Assembly (NCBI RefSeq): GCF_964188315.1
Contig: NC_135667.1
Span: forward strand, 24,862,001 to 24,926,000
From: Podarcis muralis
Taxonomy: Eukaryota
Direction: 5' to 3'
DNA: 64,000 bases
This document shows positions 1-10,060 of the stretch, in pieces (position 1 is the stretch's first letter; every line of letters begins with the position of its first letter). The notes beneath the pieces were generated by a model that was given only the letters and a program-made list of their open reading frames with translations, was not told the DNA's origin and ran no database searches. The position numbers and the translations under genes were made by a program.

Positions 1-106
1 CCTAGTCCTAATACACTAAGAACTGGCCGTTTTCAGGTTGTAAATCCTAATATTTACTGAACCTAAGCATTGGTACCACAGATCTAGAACAATACTTAGA
101 GAGATT

Positions 107-1078
107 TCACCTTTTCAGAATAAGCCAGAAAGAGATATTAACAGAAGCTTGCCTGAAACCAAGTAATTTTGATAATGCATTTTTAATCTCTGTATTTCTC
201 ATACTGTAGATTATTGGATTGAACATGGGTGGAACAAAAGTATACATCAAAGTTAATGCAAAGTCCAGATCAGATGGAGTTTTAGATGGAGGCCTAAGGT
301 AAGCAAAACATCCTGTGAAACAAAATACGAAGAAGACAACAAGGTGGGGTATGCAAGTGGAGAAGGCCTTTTTCCTTCCCTGAACAGAAGGAATTTTCAG
401 GACAACAGTGAAGATGTGTACATAAGTGACAACAATGAAGACAAAGCAGCCAGTCACCATGATTACACTCACCACCAAAACTCCAATTTCTGTTAGGTAT
501 AAGTTTGAGCAGGCAAGTGTAAGTAAATGTGGGATCTCACAGAAGAACTGATTGACAATGTTTGAACAGAAAGGTGTAGCAAAGGTTGCACTAGTGTGCA
601 TGACTGCATTAAGAAATCCTGTGACCCACACACCACCAACCATTTGTATACAGGCTGCCCTGTTTATCACCATTTCATATTGGAATGGATTGCAAATGGC
701 AACATAGCGATCATATGCCATGACTGTAAGCAGGGCGGTATCAGATGATAAAAAGAAAACAAATGAGAGAACCTGAGCAACACATCCAGTATAAGAAATG
801 TGTCTGGTGTTCATGAGAGAATTGGCTATGGATTTGGGGATAGTGACTGAAACAGCAATTAGGTCCTGTATGGCCAAGTTCATCAGAAAGAAGTACATGG
901 GAGTGTGAAGGTGATGGTCAAAGGCTACTGCAGAGATAATGAGAAGATTCCCGAATACAGTTGCCAGGTACAATACCAAGAAGAGGAAGAAGTGTAGAAT
1001 CTGCATTTCTCGGATTGCTGAGAACTCCTGGAGTAGAAATTCAGAAACAGAGGATTCATTGCCTATTCTTGCATTCAT
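107..1078 (-). CDS. Olfactory receptor OR1 (class II, family-14-like), intact, 323 aa
   Basis: OR motifs [44 protein letters not shown]; N-glycosylation sequon NES; single coding exon. Confidence 0.96.
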   Translation of the reverse strand: MNARIGNESSVSEFLLQEFSAIREMQILHFFLFLVLYLATVFGNLLIISAVAFDHHLHTPMYFFLMNLAIQDLIAVSVTIPKSIANSLMNTRHISYTGCVAQVLSFVFFLSSDTALLTVMAYDRYVAICNPFQYEMVINRAACIQMVGGVWVTGFLNAVMHTSATFATPFCSNIVNQFFCEIPHLLTLACSNLYLTEIGVLVVSVIMVTGCFVFIVVTYVHIFTVVLKIPSVQGRKKAFSTCIPHLVVFFVFCFTGCFAYLRPPSKTPSDLDFALTLMYTFVPPMFNPIIYSMRNTEIKNALSKLLGFRQASVNISFWLILKR

Positions 1079-1098
1079 TACTATAATGCTTGCTGCCT

Positions 1099-1115
1099 CT
1101 GGAAAAACAAAAACA
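1099..1115 (-). promoter_or_regulatory. Probable splice acceptor ~20 nt upstream of the OR ATG (equivalent sites precede the other ORs)
   Basis: Minus strand TTTGTTTTTCCAG|AGG here, TGTTTTCTTCTAG| in A-type ORs, TGTTTTCTTCCAG| in B-type ORs; fits the usual OR layout of 5' noncoding exon(s) plus one coding exon. Confidence 0.65.
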
Positions 1116-2266
1116 CGACAACAGGAAGTTCAACATCAGTTGTTGTTTTTGAGCTTTATTGGCATAAACATTTAAACACTGCTTTAAATCCTCTTCTGAT
1201 AACAAATATTTAATACTTTGGAAGAGCTTTTGTGAGATATAGAAGGTAAGAGAAGGAAGTAGAGGAAAAAATCTAATAACAAATCTTCATCAAAGCAGGA
1301 GTTAGCTTTTAATTCTTTATCACTCATACACCATTATTTTAAAATAAGAAACTGCTATTTTAAAACTGGATGATGGTGCTGCTCTCAATCTCTGGAAAAT
1401 GAACAATGCCACTGCTGGGGATGTAACACAGGAGTCCTACCACAATCCTTGCCATACTTTCTTAGGGTTGCCTTATTTCAAAAAGTAAAAGCCAGAATGT
1501 CACCAAAATTGTTGAGCCAAAAAACCGTGATTTTTCGATTGACTTGTCTAAGATCCAGGACAAAGTGTCGCCTTTCGGAATTCCCCACCCCTCCAGATGT
1601 CAATTCCGCCTTTGAAATCCCAGTAATGTCCAGACATATGGCAGCCCTATACTCAGAGGGCAGGTGCCTCTTGCTATCATGTACATGTTTACAAAACGTA
1701 TCTTGAGAGCAAGATTCAGTATCAAAAATGATCTTGATAGTTGCTTCAGTTTTGATACTGAATTACAGCAACACTTAACTCTAGGAAGATGGTTCAAGCT
1801 TTTTGTATTAATTCCCTATGCCTGTCACAACTTGGGTGCTTAACAGCTTGATTCCTAATATAACTGTTTGATCAGTGAGGCCTTTGACTGAGTAACTGGT
1901 AGTGGTTCCATATGACTCAGACACATAGCTGATACTCACCAGCAGACATGCATTCAGTATTCTGGGCTCAATGCTTTGCAACTCCTTCCTAGTTGAGATC
2001 ACAGAAGTTTCAATTGTTTAATCTTGGTTGTGTGTTTCTAACCTTAATGTTTACTGTGCACAGACCACAGTCTTATGTATGTACAAATGTATAGGCTCTT
2101 GAAGAGAAGCTTATAACTGCTTTACTTGTCTTCACTCACAAGTAGCTGCAGTGAAGGTTTATTCTTGGTTGTAGCTCATGGCTGATGAGGAGAGAGGCTA
2201 ACCACTAGTCCTGCTTTGGATGATGTGCTAAATCAAATCCTGATATAGCTTAAGATAACAGTAAAA

Positions 2267-2641
2267 TGATGCGGGTGGCGCTGTGATCTAAACCACTGAG
2301 CCTCTTGGGCTTGCAGATCAGAAGATCAGTGGTTCAAATCTGCACAACAGGCTGAGCTCCTGTTGCTCAGTCACAGCTCCTGTCAACCTAACAGTTCAAA
2401 AGCACATCAAAGTGCAAGTAGATAAATAGCTACTGCTCTGGCGGGAAGGTAAATGGCATTTCCGTGCGTTGCTCTGGTTTTGGTGTTTCGTTGCGCCTAG
2501 TCATGCTGGCCACATAACCCGGAAAAACTGTCTGCGGGCGAACGCTGGCTTCCTCAGCCTGTAAAGTGAGATGAGCGCTGCAACCCCAGAGTCGTCTGCA
2601 ACTGGACTTAACTCCCAGGGGTCCTTTACCTTTACCTTTTT
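2267..2641 (+). mobile_element. Sauria-type SINE
   Basis: tRNA-like head (GTGGCGCTGTG box A, GGTTCAAATC box B), (ACCTTT)n tail, 11-bp TSD TAACAGTAAAA (2256-2266, 2642-2652); absent at the paralogous site near 60145. Confidence 0.85.
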
Positions 2642-2906
2642 TAACAGTAAAAAGGACCATGGAGGAGCAAACCTACTGTAATCGAGGAGGCTGCACATTT
2701 GTGTAATCTCACTAAATTAAGATTTGCAATTAGCTTGTCATGGAAACCAGGACATTGGGTATTCTATGTGCAGTCTATATAGGTTTCAGGAGAGACCACA
2801 TAACAAGCAGGATTTCATGTTCTACACAATACACAATAGTAGTATTGTCTGGACTTAACCCTCCAAAAACTACCCAGGTATCACTAAAGTTATAAAAATA
2901 TAAACA

Positions 2907-2912
2907 TCTTAC
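2907..2912 (-). promoter_or_regulatory. Putative splice donor of a 5' noncoding OR exon
   Basis: GTAAGA on the minus strand ~220 nt downstream of the O/E block; GT retained at the equivalent site in the OR2, OR3 and OR8 flanks checked (GTGAGA in OR8). Confidence 0.4.
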
Positions 2913-3122
2913 TCTTTTCCTTTATAGAAAATAGATTCCCAGAAGCAATTTCTTCATTACTTTAAGATGTTCTGTATTCTTCTAGCCACTCAAGGACGTA
3001 TTTTTTCAAAAAGATATCACCTGCTCATTGTCTTCTGTGAAAGCTAAAATGTTCCTATACTCCTACAGAAAGATGATTTTACTATGGGATGGGAATTTAT
3101 TATTATTATTATTATAGTTTTG

Positions 3123-3236
3123 TTCCTGGGAGTTTGGTCTCAAGAGCCTCAAATAAATCAGCAATTGTGTTCCTTGGACTCAGGAGTCCCACAAAAATTA
3201 GCAGCGGTGTTCATTAAGGCTTGGTCCCAGGAGTCC
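3123..3236. promoter_or_regulatory. Putative OR promoter block with Olf1/EBF-like sites (copies at ~7808-7930, 20810-20915, 26690-26815, 34240-34350, 40128-40250, 50715-50832, 60608-60730)
   Basis: GGTCTCAAGAGCC, palindromic GGACTC-AG-GAGTCC and GGTCCCAGGAGTCC with conserved spacing upstream of every OR. Confidence 0.55.
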
Positions 3237-4035
3237 AAAACGAATCATACAAAGTATGTAAACGTATGAACATACTTAAGCTAGAATAAACCACCAACAC
3301 TTAGATTTGTTTACATTTCTGTTTCTAAAAAGTATACTATGTAATACTATTAAAAATGATAATGTCAATGCCATATAAGTCTTTCTGGAAACTTCTTGTT
3401 TCAACTGGACCTTCACATACTCATTTCTGATAGTTGTGTGAGGTATAACAAGCTCAGTGTTGCACATGCAATTTCCCCTTACCCACTGTGTTCTCCCATT
3501 TAGGATATCTGGAGAAGATGCCGTTTATTACATTTAATATATATTCATCTGAGGTCTGTATTTTATATGGTCTGAGAGCTAGTTCTTCATTAACAACATC
3601 CCTATGTGTCCCTGAGATATCATCATGCATTCAACCCTCACCTTTGGTTGCAGAGGAGTCTATGCTCATAACCCTGTCCCATAATATCACTTCTGTCTCA
3701 GTATCTTATGTATCTGGGACTGGACACCTTGTGTTAAATCAGAGTTAAGGTGTTAACATGCATTGTAGCCTGGTCCTGAGTTTTCTATGAAACAAGAGTT
3801 CATCAGGGGAACTTGCCTGCTCTAAGGATGTGTCCCTGTAACTTTGAAATGCCATACAAGGATCCAAAGCCTTTTTTTAGCAAATACTTTATAATTTTCA
3901 AATACAAGGGCCAGCAGCTCTTTTTCTATTTGTGCATGGTTACTTTTGCGGTTGGTGAGACGCCGTGTAGCACATACCACTTGTCTCCGGAGTTTCCATA
4001 TGTATGTGGGACTTAAGGTCTATTAATGTAGACTT

Positions 4036-4555
4036 GTCCATGGAGTTTTCTTGGCAGGGATACTGGAGTGGGTTGCCGGTTCCTCCTCCAGGTGGATCAC
4101 GTTTGGTCAAAACTCTCCACTATGACCTGTTCATCTTGGGTGCCCTGCTCGGCATAGTTCATAGCTTCTCTGAGTTATTCAAGCCCCTTCGCCACGGCAA
4201 GGCAGTGATCCATGAAGGGGATCCCATGGACTGCAAGAAGATCAAACCTATCCATTCTTAAGGAAATCAGCCCTGAGTGCTCACTGGAAGGACAGATCGT
4301 GAAGCTGAGGCTCCAATACTTTGGCCACCTCATGAGAAGAGAAGACTCCCTGGAAAAGACCCTGATTTGGGGAAAGATGGAGGGCACAAGGAGAAGGGGA
4401 CGACAGAGGACGAGATGGTTGGATAGTGTTCTCGAAGCTGCCAGCATGAGTTTGACCAAACTGCGGGAGGCAGTGGAAGACAAAAATGCCTGGCGTTCTC
4501 TGGTCCATGGGGTCACGAAGAGTCGGATACGACTAAATGACTAAACAACAACAAC
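4036..4555 (+). mobile_element. BovB (RTE) LINE, 5'-inverted and internally deleted
   Basis: 4036-~4220 resembles the BovB 5' end in reverse; ~4221-4555 is the RT C-terminus (LQYFGHLMRREDSLEK) plus (CAA)n tail; 11-bp TSD AATGTAGACTT (4025-4035, 4556-4566). Confidence 0.85.
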
Positions 4556-6100
4556 AATGTAGACTTCTGTTGCTTAGGGCAAAATATAGTGACTGATAAT
4601 CTAATAAATAAATTAACCATTTAACAATTTTTTTAAAAAATATCCCTTCACTAAAGCAGTTCCTATGCCTTCTCTGGAGGCAACTATGGGCAATTCATAA
4701 TCAGAATATTGTGTTCAAATCTTTAGACTATGTTAGCATACCATGTCTACAGAACATGAAGTTCTTTTCATTTATTCATACAGATTCCATACATTTGAGT
4801 ACTTCCAGCCTTGTGAGGTCCAAAGGAATTTGCAAGGAACATGTGTCACTTGTCTTTTTGGCTATGTTATTTAGATGTTATATACATCGTTCACTTTGCC
4901 CATTCCTCCAAAAACATAAGGGTACATCTGTTCAACGTGAATGTATTTTGTTTGGCAAATTACGTGTCATCTTTCAATGAATCCCAGAGCATGACTAGTT
5001 TTTCTCTCTCCAAGCAATAGTTCTTTATTCCCATACACTATCACAAATAGGATGAACTCTATCAGTTCTGGGAAGCTTACCCCCAACTCCCTGTGTGGAA
5101 TTACTTTCCCTGTGTGAAACTCCAGTCTTATATTTTACGAAAGTATGTGGTTTTGTTTTTTAAGATTTTGAGAAATTGTGTCAGTGGCCACTGTGTCAAT
5201 TTCCCTAACTAAAGATGGGAGGTGGGAAACATGAACAACTTCCTGGGTTTTTAAAAGATACAGCTGTTTTAACTCTTTCTTGGTAAAAAAACAACAGCAC
5301 CAGCCAGGTGTTTCACTTATGGGAAGGATGCCCTGTGTCCACTTATGTGCCACCAAAGGTTCAAAGTAATGAGGAGACACTTCTGGAACAATTTTATATA
5401 CAGTATACAATGAGGATTCCAGCTTAATAGTCACTATGGTATGGTACAACACTTCATTTTAGAAATGTTACTTATGTGGGGCACAATAGTTTCAGGCAAA
5501 AATTCTTTACAGAGAACATTTAAGCCCCAGTTAGCACTCTTATTTAAAACTAGTTTCAGGATAGATTATTTCCATCTAAAATGGACATTTGTTAATTCTA
5601 GCAAGAATCTCACAGCCCCTTCTAGGCTTTTTTTCTCAGCCTCAGGAAAGCAAATTGGGTTGCCCTCTAAAACTAATCCCTAAACCCAATCAGAACAGGT
5701 CCTTCTCATCTGAAGTTCCTAAATGAGGGCTCATCCACACTTTTACTTCTTCCATAGTTAGAAACCAAGGATGTGAATAGGGTTGTTTTCTCCTTTCCCT
5801 ACTCATTTCCTCGGGAAAACCCATTTTAGCTTTAAATAAAAAGAAATGGCATTCTACGAAAAAGCTTGTTATCAGATGAATGCTGTTGGAGAAGAGAAAG
5901 GGTTAGACATGCACTAAATGATAAACAGTCCCTCTCTAAATGCATAATTAACAGGCTATGTGAACAGAGAAGCAACAATGTTAATGGTATATCTACGCTG
6001 GAGGTCCTTTTGACACCCAGCAGATTTTGAGTCTGCATATCAAAATGTATCTAGAAGCTGTAACTGGTCATGATATCTCCACAGTTTCTTATGCTTAGAC

Positions 6101-7087
6101 CTACAGAAAGAAATGTAACCTTTTCAGGATAAGTCTGGAAAAGATATTAATAGAAGAGTGCTTCACACCCAAGAGCTTTGATACAGCATTTTTAATCTCC
6201 TTATTTCTCATGCTGTAAATTATTGGATTGAACATGGGTGGTACAATGGTATACATCACAGTTATTGCAAAGTCGCCATTAGATGGAATTTTTGAGGGAG
6301 GCCTAAGGTAAGCAAAACATCCTGTGAAACAAAATAAGGAGAAGACAACCAGGTGTGGTATGCAAGTGGAGAAGGCTTTTTTCCTTCCCTGAATAGAAGG
6401 GAGTTTCACAACCACAGTAAAGATGTGTACATAAGTGACAACAATGAAGACAAAACATCCAGACGCAAGTATTACACTCACCACTATAGCTCCAATTTCC
6501 ATTAGGTAGAAGTTTGAGCAGGCAAGTGTAAGTAACTGTGGAATCTCACAGAAAAACTGATTGACAATGTTGGAGCAGAAAGGAGTTGCAAAAGTTGCAC
6601 TCGTGTGCATGACTGCATTAAGAATTCCAGCAACCCACACACCAGCAACCATTTGTTTGCAGACTGCCCTGTTCATCACTATTTCATATTGTAATGGATT
6701 GCAAATGGCAACATAGCGATCATATGCCATGAGTGTAAGAAGGGCAACATCAGATGATACAAAGAAAAAGAATAAAAGCACTTGAGAAATGCATCCAGCA
6801 TAAGAAATGTGTCTCATATTCATGAGGGAATTGGCCATCGATTTAGGGATGGTGACAGAAACAGCCCCTAGGTCCTGGATGGCCAAGTTCATCAGAAAGA
6901 AGTACATGGGAGTGTGAAGGTGGTGGTCAAAAGCTATGGCAGAGATGATGAGAAGATTCCCAAATACAATTATCATGTACAATACTAGGAACAGAGAGAA
7001 GTGTAGAATCTGCAGTTCACGTACAGCTGAAAACTCCAGGAGTAGAAATTCAGACACAGAGGATTCATTGGCTATCTTTGCATTCAT
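6101..7087 (-). CDS. Olfactory receptor OR2 (A-type, family-14-like), intact, 328 aa
   Basis: Full OR motif set; real ATG (MNAKIANESS) at 7087, downstream of the splice acceptor. Confidence 0.95.
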   Translation of the reverse strand: MNAKIANESSVSEFLLLEFSAVRELQILHFSLFLVLYMIIVFGNLLIISAIAFDHHLHTPMYFFLMNLAIQDLGAVSVTIPKSMANSLMNMRHISYAGCISQVLLFFFFVSSDVALLTLMAYDRYVAICNPLQYEIVMNRAVCKQMVAGVWVAGILNAVMHTSATFATPFCSNIVNQFFCEIPQLLTLACSNFYLMEIGAIVVSVILASGCFVFIVVTYVHIFTVVVKLPSIQGRKKAFSTCIPHLVVFSLFCFTGCFAYLRPPSKIPSNGDFAITVMYTIVPPMFNPIIYSMRNKEIKNAVSKLLGVKHSSINIFSRLILKRLHFFL

Positions 7088-8118
7088 TACTAAAATGACT
7101 GGTGCTTCTAGAAGAAAACAGGAAGATAAGTATAGGTTTAAGTCCTCTTCTGATAACTTATATTTGGCAACCAATACTGCTTTGGATGTGGCTTTTGTGG
7201 GAAATATTTTTAAAAGAAAGAAGTGAACAAAATAGTGTAATAATAAATCTTCATCTGAAGGAGAACTTAGCTTTCAGCTCCATATTGATACTGCACCATC
7301 GTCCTAAGATAAACTACTGCTAAGTAGTGCTTTTTCTTCTGGGAATTATAGGGGCAGAACTACCCAAACAGTATAGAAATTTATTCATGCATGTGACTAC
7401 AGCAGCAAGAAATTTGGCTTAGTTTGTCATGGAAACCAGGTCACTGGTTTTTCTATGTGCAGTCTATGTCAGGTTTCAGGAAAAATATAAAATGAGCACT
7501 ATTTCCCATTCTACACAATAGACTATAGTAGCATTGTCTGCATTTTGTTCTCCGAAAGCTATCCAGGTATAACTAATGTTATAAAATTAAACATCTTACT
7601 ATTTTTCTTTATAAAAAATAGATTTCCAGATGCAATTTCTTCATCACTTTAAGATGTTCTGTATTCTTCTAGCCGCTCGTGGATCTTTTTTTCTTTTTTA
7701 AAAATCTCTCCGTCCTTTTCTTCTGAGACAGTGAAAATGTTTGTATATACTTGCAGAACGATGATTTTACCATGGGGTGAAAAATTAGTACCATTATTAT
7801 ATTTATGTTCTTGGGAGCTTGGTCTCAAGAGCCCCAAACAAAATAGCAATTGTTTTCCTGGATGCTTGGACTCAAGAGTCCCACACGAAACAACCATGGT
7901 GTTTTTTTAAGACTTTGCCCCATGGGTCTAACACAAATACTGAAGATATGCAACTAAACCATCCTGTTTCAAAACAACTTACTATATATTTAAAATACTT
8001 GTGTGAGATATGACCAGCTCAGTATCCCCCCCCCCTGTATTCTTCCTACTTCTGCTATTCTTTCCTCCCTTTTATGATATCTGAACTAGATACTTTCTGT
8101 AGCATTTAAATACTTGAC

Positions 8119-8883
8119 TGTCAGGGGCTCAGGAGCAGAGGCACAGGAAAGGGAGGAAATAGAGAGCGAGGGGGAGGAATCCGAAGGAAATGTTAGCGAT
8201 GACAGCGGTCCGAGGTCTCTGAGTCTTTCCAGCGAATCGGAAGATTCACAGAAAGGGGCTCCCATGGTCAGAGCAAGGGGGGGTGCCTAGGGGGACACCC
8301 CAGGAAGATGGGGCCAGAGGGGACTCAGAGAGCAGCAGTTGGAAATCAGGACCAGCTTCCCCACCAGAGCGCAGTAGGGGGGAGGAGTCCCAGGTATCGG
8401 GACCAGGAGGCTCACCGCCAGCGGGAGGAGAGGAGTCAGGATTGGCCACGCCTCCATCGGAGAGCGAGGAAACGGTCAAGAGGAAGGTGGAAGGCTGGGC
8501 GCGCGCGCCAAGTTCAAATGTACAGGAGGGCGGCGCAGTTGGCAGCCCGGATAGGGAGCCAGGTCCCAAAGCCCGCCGAAAGGAGGGGGAGGAGTCAGGG
8601 GGGACAGCGTCAGCGTCAGAAGAGTCCAGAAAGGAGGAGACCCCGGGGGGCAGAAGGACCCAGAGGAGAAAGGAGAGACGGAAGAGGTGGAGTAAGGTTA
8701 GAGTCTTAAGCTGGTGTACAGGGGGTGGAGACTCAGATGGAGCTTCGCCGGTCTAGCCTCTAAGACGTAGAGCTGGGGCGCTGCGGCTTGGAAATGGAAA
8801 CTGTACTTCAATAAAGACTTTTGTACATTACTACCGGCTAGCGTGGGTCCTCTGTGAGCTGGGACCTGGAGCCAGCTCTGACA
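8119..8883 (+). repeat. 5' LTR (765 bp)
   Basis: TG...CA ends; AATAAA at 8810-8815; differs from the 3' LTR by 2 substitutions and one G-run indel on manual comparison. Confidence 0.97.
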
Positions 8884-8983
8884 GTAAGCTCCATCTCCCT
8901 TTTGCACCCAAAACCTCGCAACGTGAGTGGACGCAGCGAGGGGCGAAGATTGGTGTTTCGCGAGCTCACAAAAGTCAGGCAAG

Positions 8984-10060
8984 ATGACTGCCGAACAGCA
9001 AATAGCAGCCCTGCAAAATGCAGTGACACAACTCAACGCGGAGATACTCGCATCCAGGAAAAGGGAAGATGAAGCGGCTGCCGCCTACAGGGATCTCCAA
9101 ACCAGGTTGGAAGTGCTTACTAAGCAGGGGCAACCAGGACCCAAATCAGAGGGGATTGGGCTGGGGAAAAGAGGAGGCAACCTGGTCTCGCATTTCGATG
9201 GGAATTTACAGCAGTACCCTAACTTCCGAGCAGACGTGCTGTTTGCGCTGCAACTGCTGGATAAAGACTTTAGAGATGAGCAAGAGAAGGTGGGGTTTAT
9301 CTTATCCCATTTGTATGGAGATGCTAAAGCGTGGCTGCGCAATCTGTGGAGAGATAAGGATCCGGCACTCCGAAGTGCGGATGCATTCATTAAAGCGATG
9401 GATTCGTGTTTTTTATCTAATATAGACATTGATATCGCCAGAAAAGACATACATGGGTTGAAACAAGGAAGAGCCACTGTAAGGCAGTATCATTCTCGCT
9501 TTTTTGCATTGGTCAACGCGCTGGGTTGGGAGAAAGATTCTGCTCCAGTCAGAGACCTTTTTTGGGAAGGCTTGAATGCAAATGTTAAAGATGAAATTGC
9601 AAGGGGGGAGAGACCAAAGAGCACTCAGGAAGTTGTCCAGCGGGCGCTGACAATTGGGGTGCGTCTGGAAGAACGTCCATGGAGCAAAGATGAAGGGCGT
9701 TGGGGACGCACGCCAGCGAGAGCACCTCCCCTCTTTCCCAGGGATGCAGTGCGTGCGCAATCCACACCTCCGCAGGGAGGGGGAGAGGAACCGATGGAGA
9801 TTGGAGGCGCCAGGGCTCAGTCAGCAACCAGAGCCCTAACACCGGGAGCAGTCAAAGCGAAGCCTCCTAGAGGGAACAGGAAGTGCTACATCTGCGACAG
9901 TGCTCAGCACATGGCGAAAGAGTGTCCCCAGAGGCTCCACAAGCACACTGCGGCCTCCGCAACAGTAACAGAAACAACTCAGCAGAGAGAACCACAGCAG
10001 GGAAACGGCAGAGTCTGGCTGGAGGAAGAGGCACTGGGGCCCAGCCAGACAAGTCAGTGA
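8984..10060 (+). CDS. gag: Gag: coiled coil, retrotransposon capsid, CCHC zinc knuckle
   Basis: ATG at 8984 (MTAEQQIAAL); capsid-like KVGFILSHLYGDAKAW; CYICDSAQHMAKEC knuckle; uninterrupted. Confidence 0.92.
   Translation: MTAEQQIAALQNAVTQLNAEILASRKREDEAAAAYRDLQTRLEVLTKQGQPGPKSEGIGLGKRGGNLVSHFDGNLQQYPNFRADVLFALQLLDKDFRDEQEKVGFILSHLYGDAKAWLRNLWRDKDPALRSADAFIKAMDSCFLSNIDIDIARKDIHGLKQGRATVRQYHSRFFALVNALGWEKDSAPVRDLFWEGLNANVKDEIARGERPKSTQEVVQRALTIGVRLEERPWSKDEGRWGRTPARAPPLFPRDAVRAQSTPPQGGGEEPMEIGGARAQSATRALTPGAVKAKPPRGNRKCYICDSAQHMAKECPQRLHKHTAASATVTETTQQREPQQGNGRVWLEEEALGPSQTSQ
10000..10059 (+). promoter_or_regulatory. -1 programmed ribosomal frameshift signal (G GGA AAC plus H-type pseudoknot)
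   Basis: Slippery heptamer 10000-10006 in gag frame; stem 1 GTCTGGCTGG (10013-10022)/CCAGCCAGAC (10041-10050); stem 2 CACTG (10032-10036)/CAGTG (10055-10059); pol lies in the -1 frame. Confidence 0.88.

Noticed and set aside
2267-2345. tRNA gene
   Set aside because: tRNA-derived SINE head with SINE body, tail and TSD.
3123-3236. Spaced repeats resembling a CRISPR array
   Set aside because: Vertebrate DNA, only three 14-bp degenerate motifs, spacers conserved among paralogs, no cas genes.
7088-7174. 29-44 aa N-terminal extensions on ORF-track OR calls (also OR3-OR7)
   Set aside because: They cross a conserved polypyrimidine-AG splice acceptor, and at least some use non-ATG starts; OR1 and OR8 lack them.
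8246-8756. ORFs within the 5' LTR and antisense LTR ORFs (e.g. 13617-14393)
   Set aside because: Copies or shadows of the U3 frame in GC-rich, stop-poor sequence; they lie largely upstream of the predicted TSS or are antisense.
8884-8901. tRNA primer-binding site
   Set aside because: Does not start with TGG; complementarity is to the element's own LTR.
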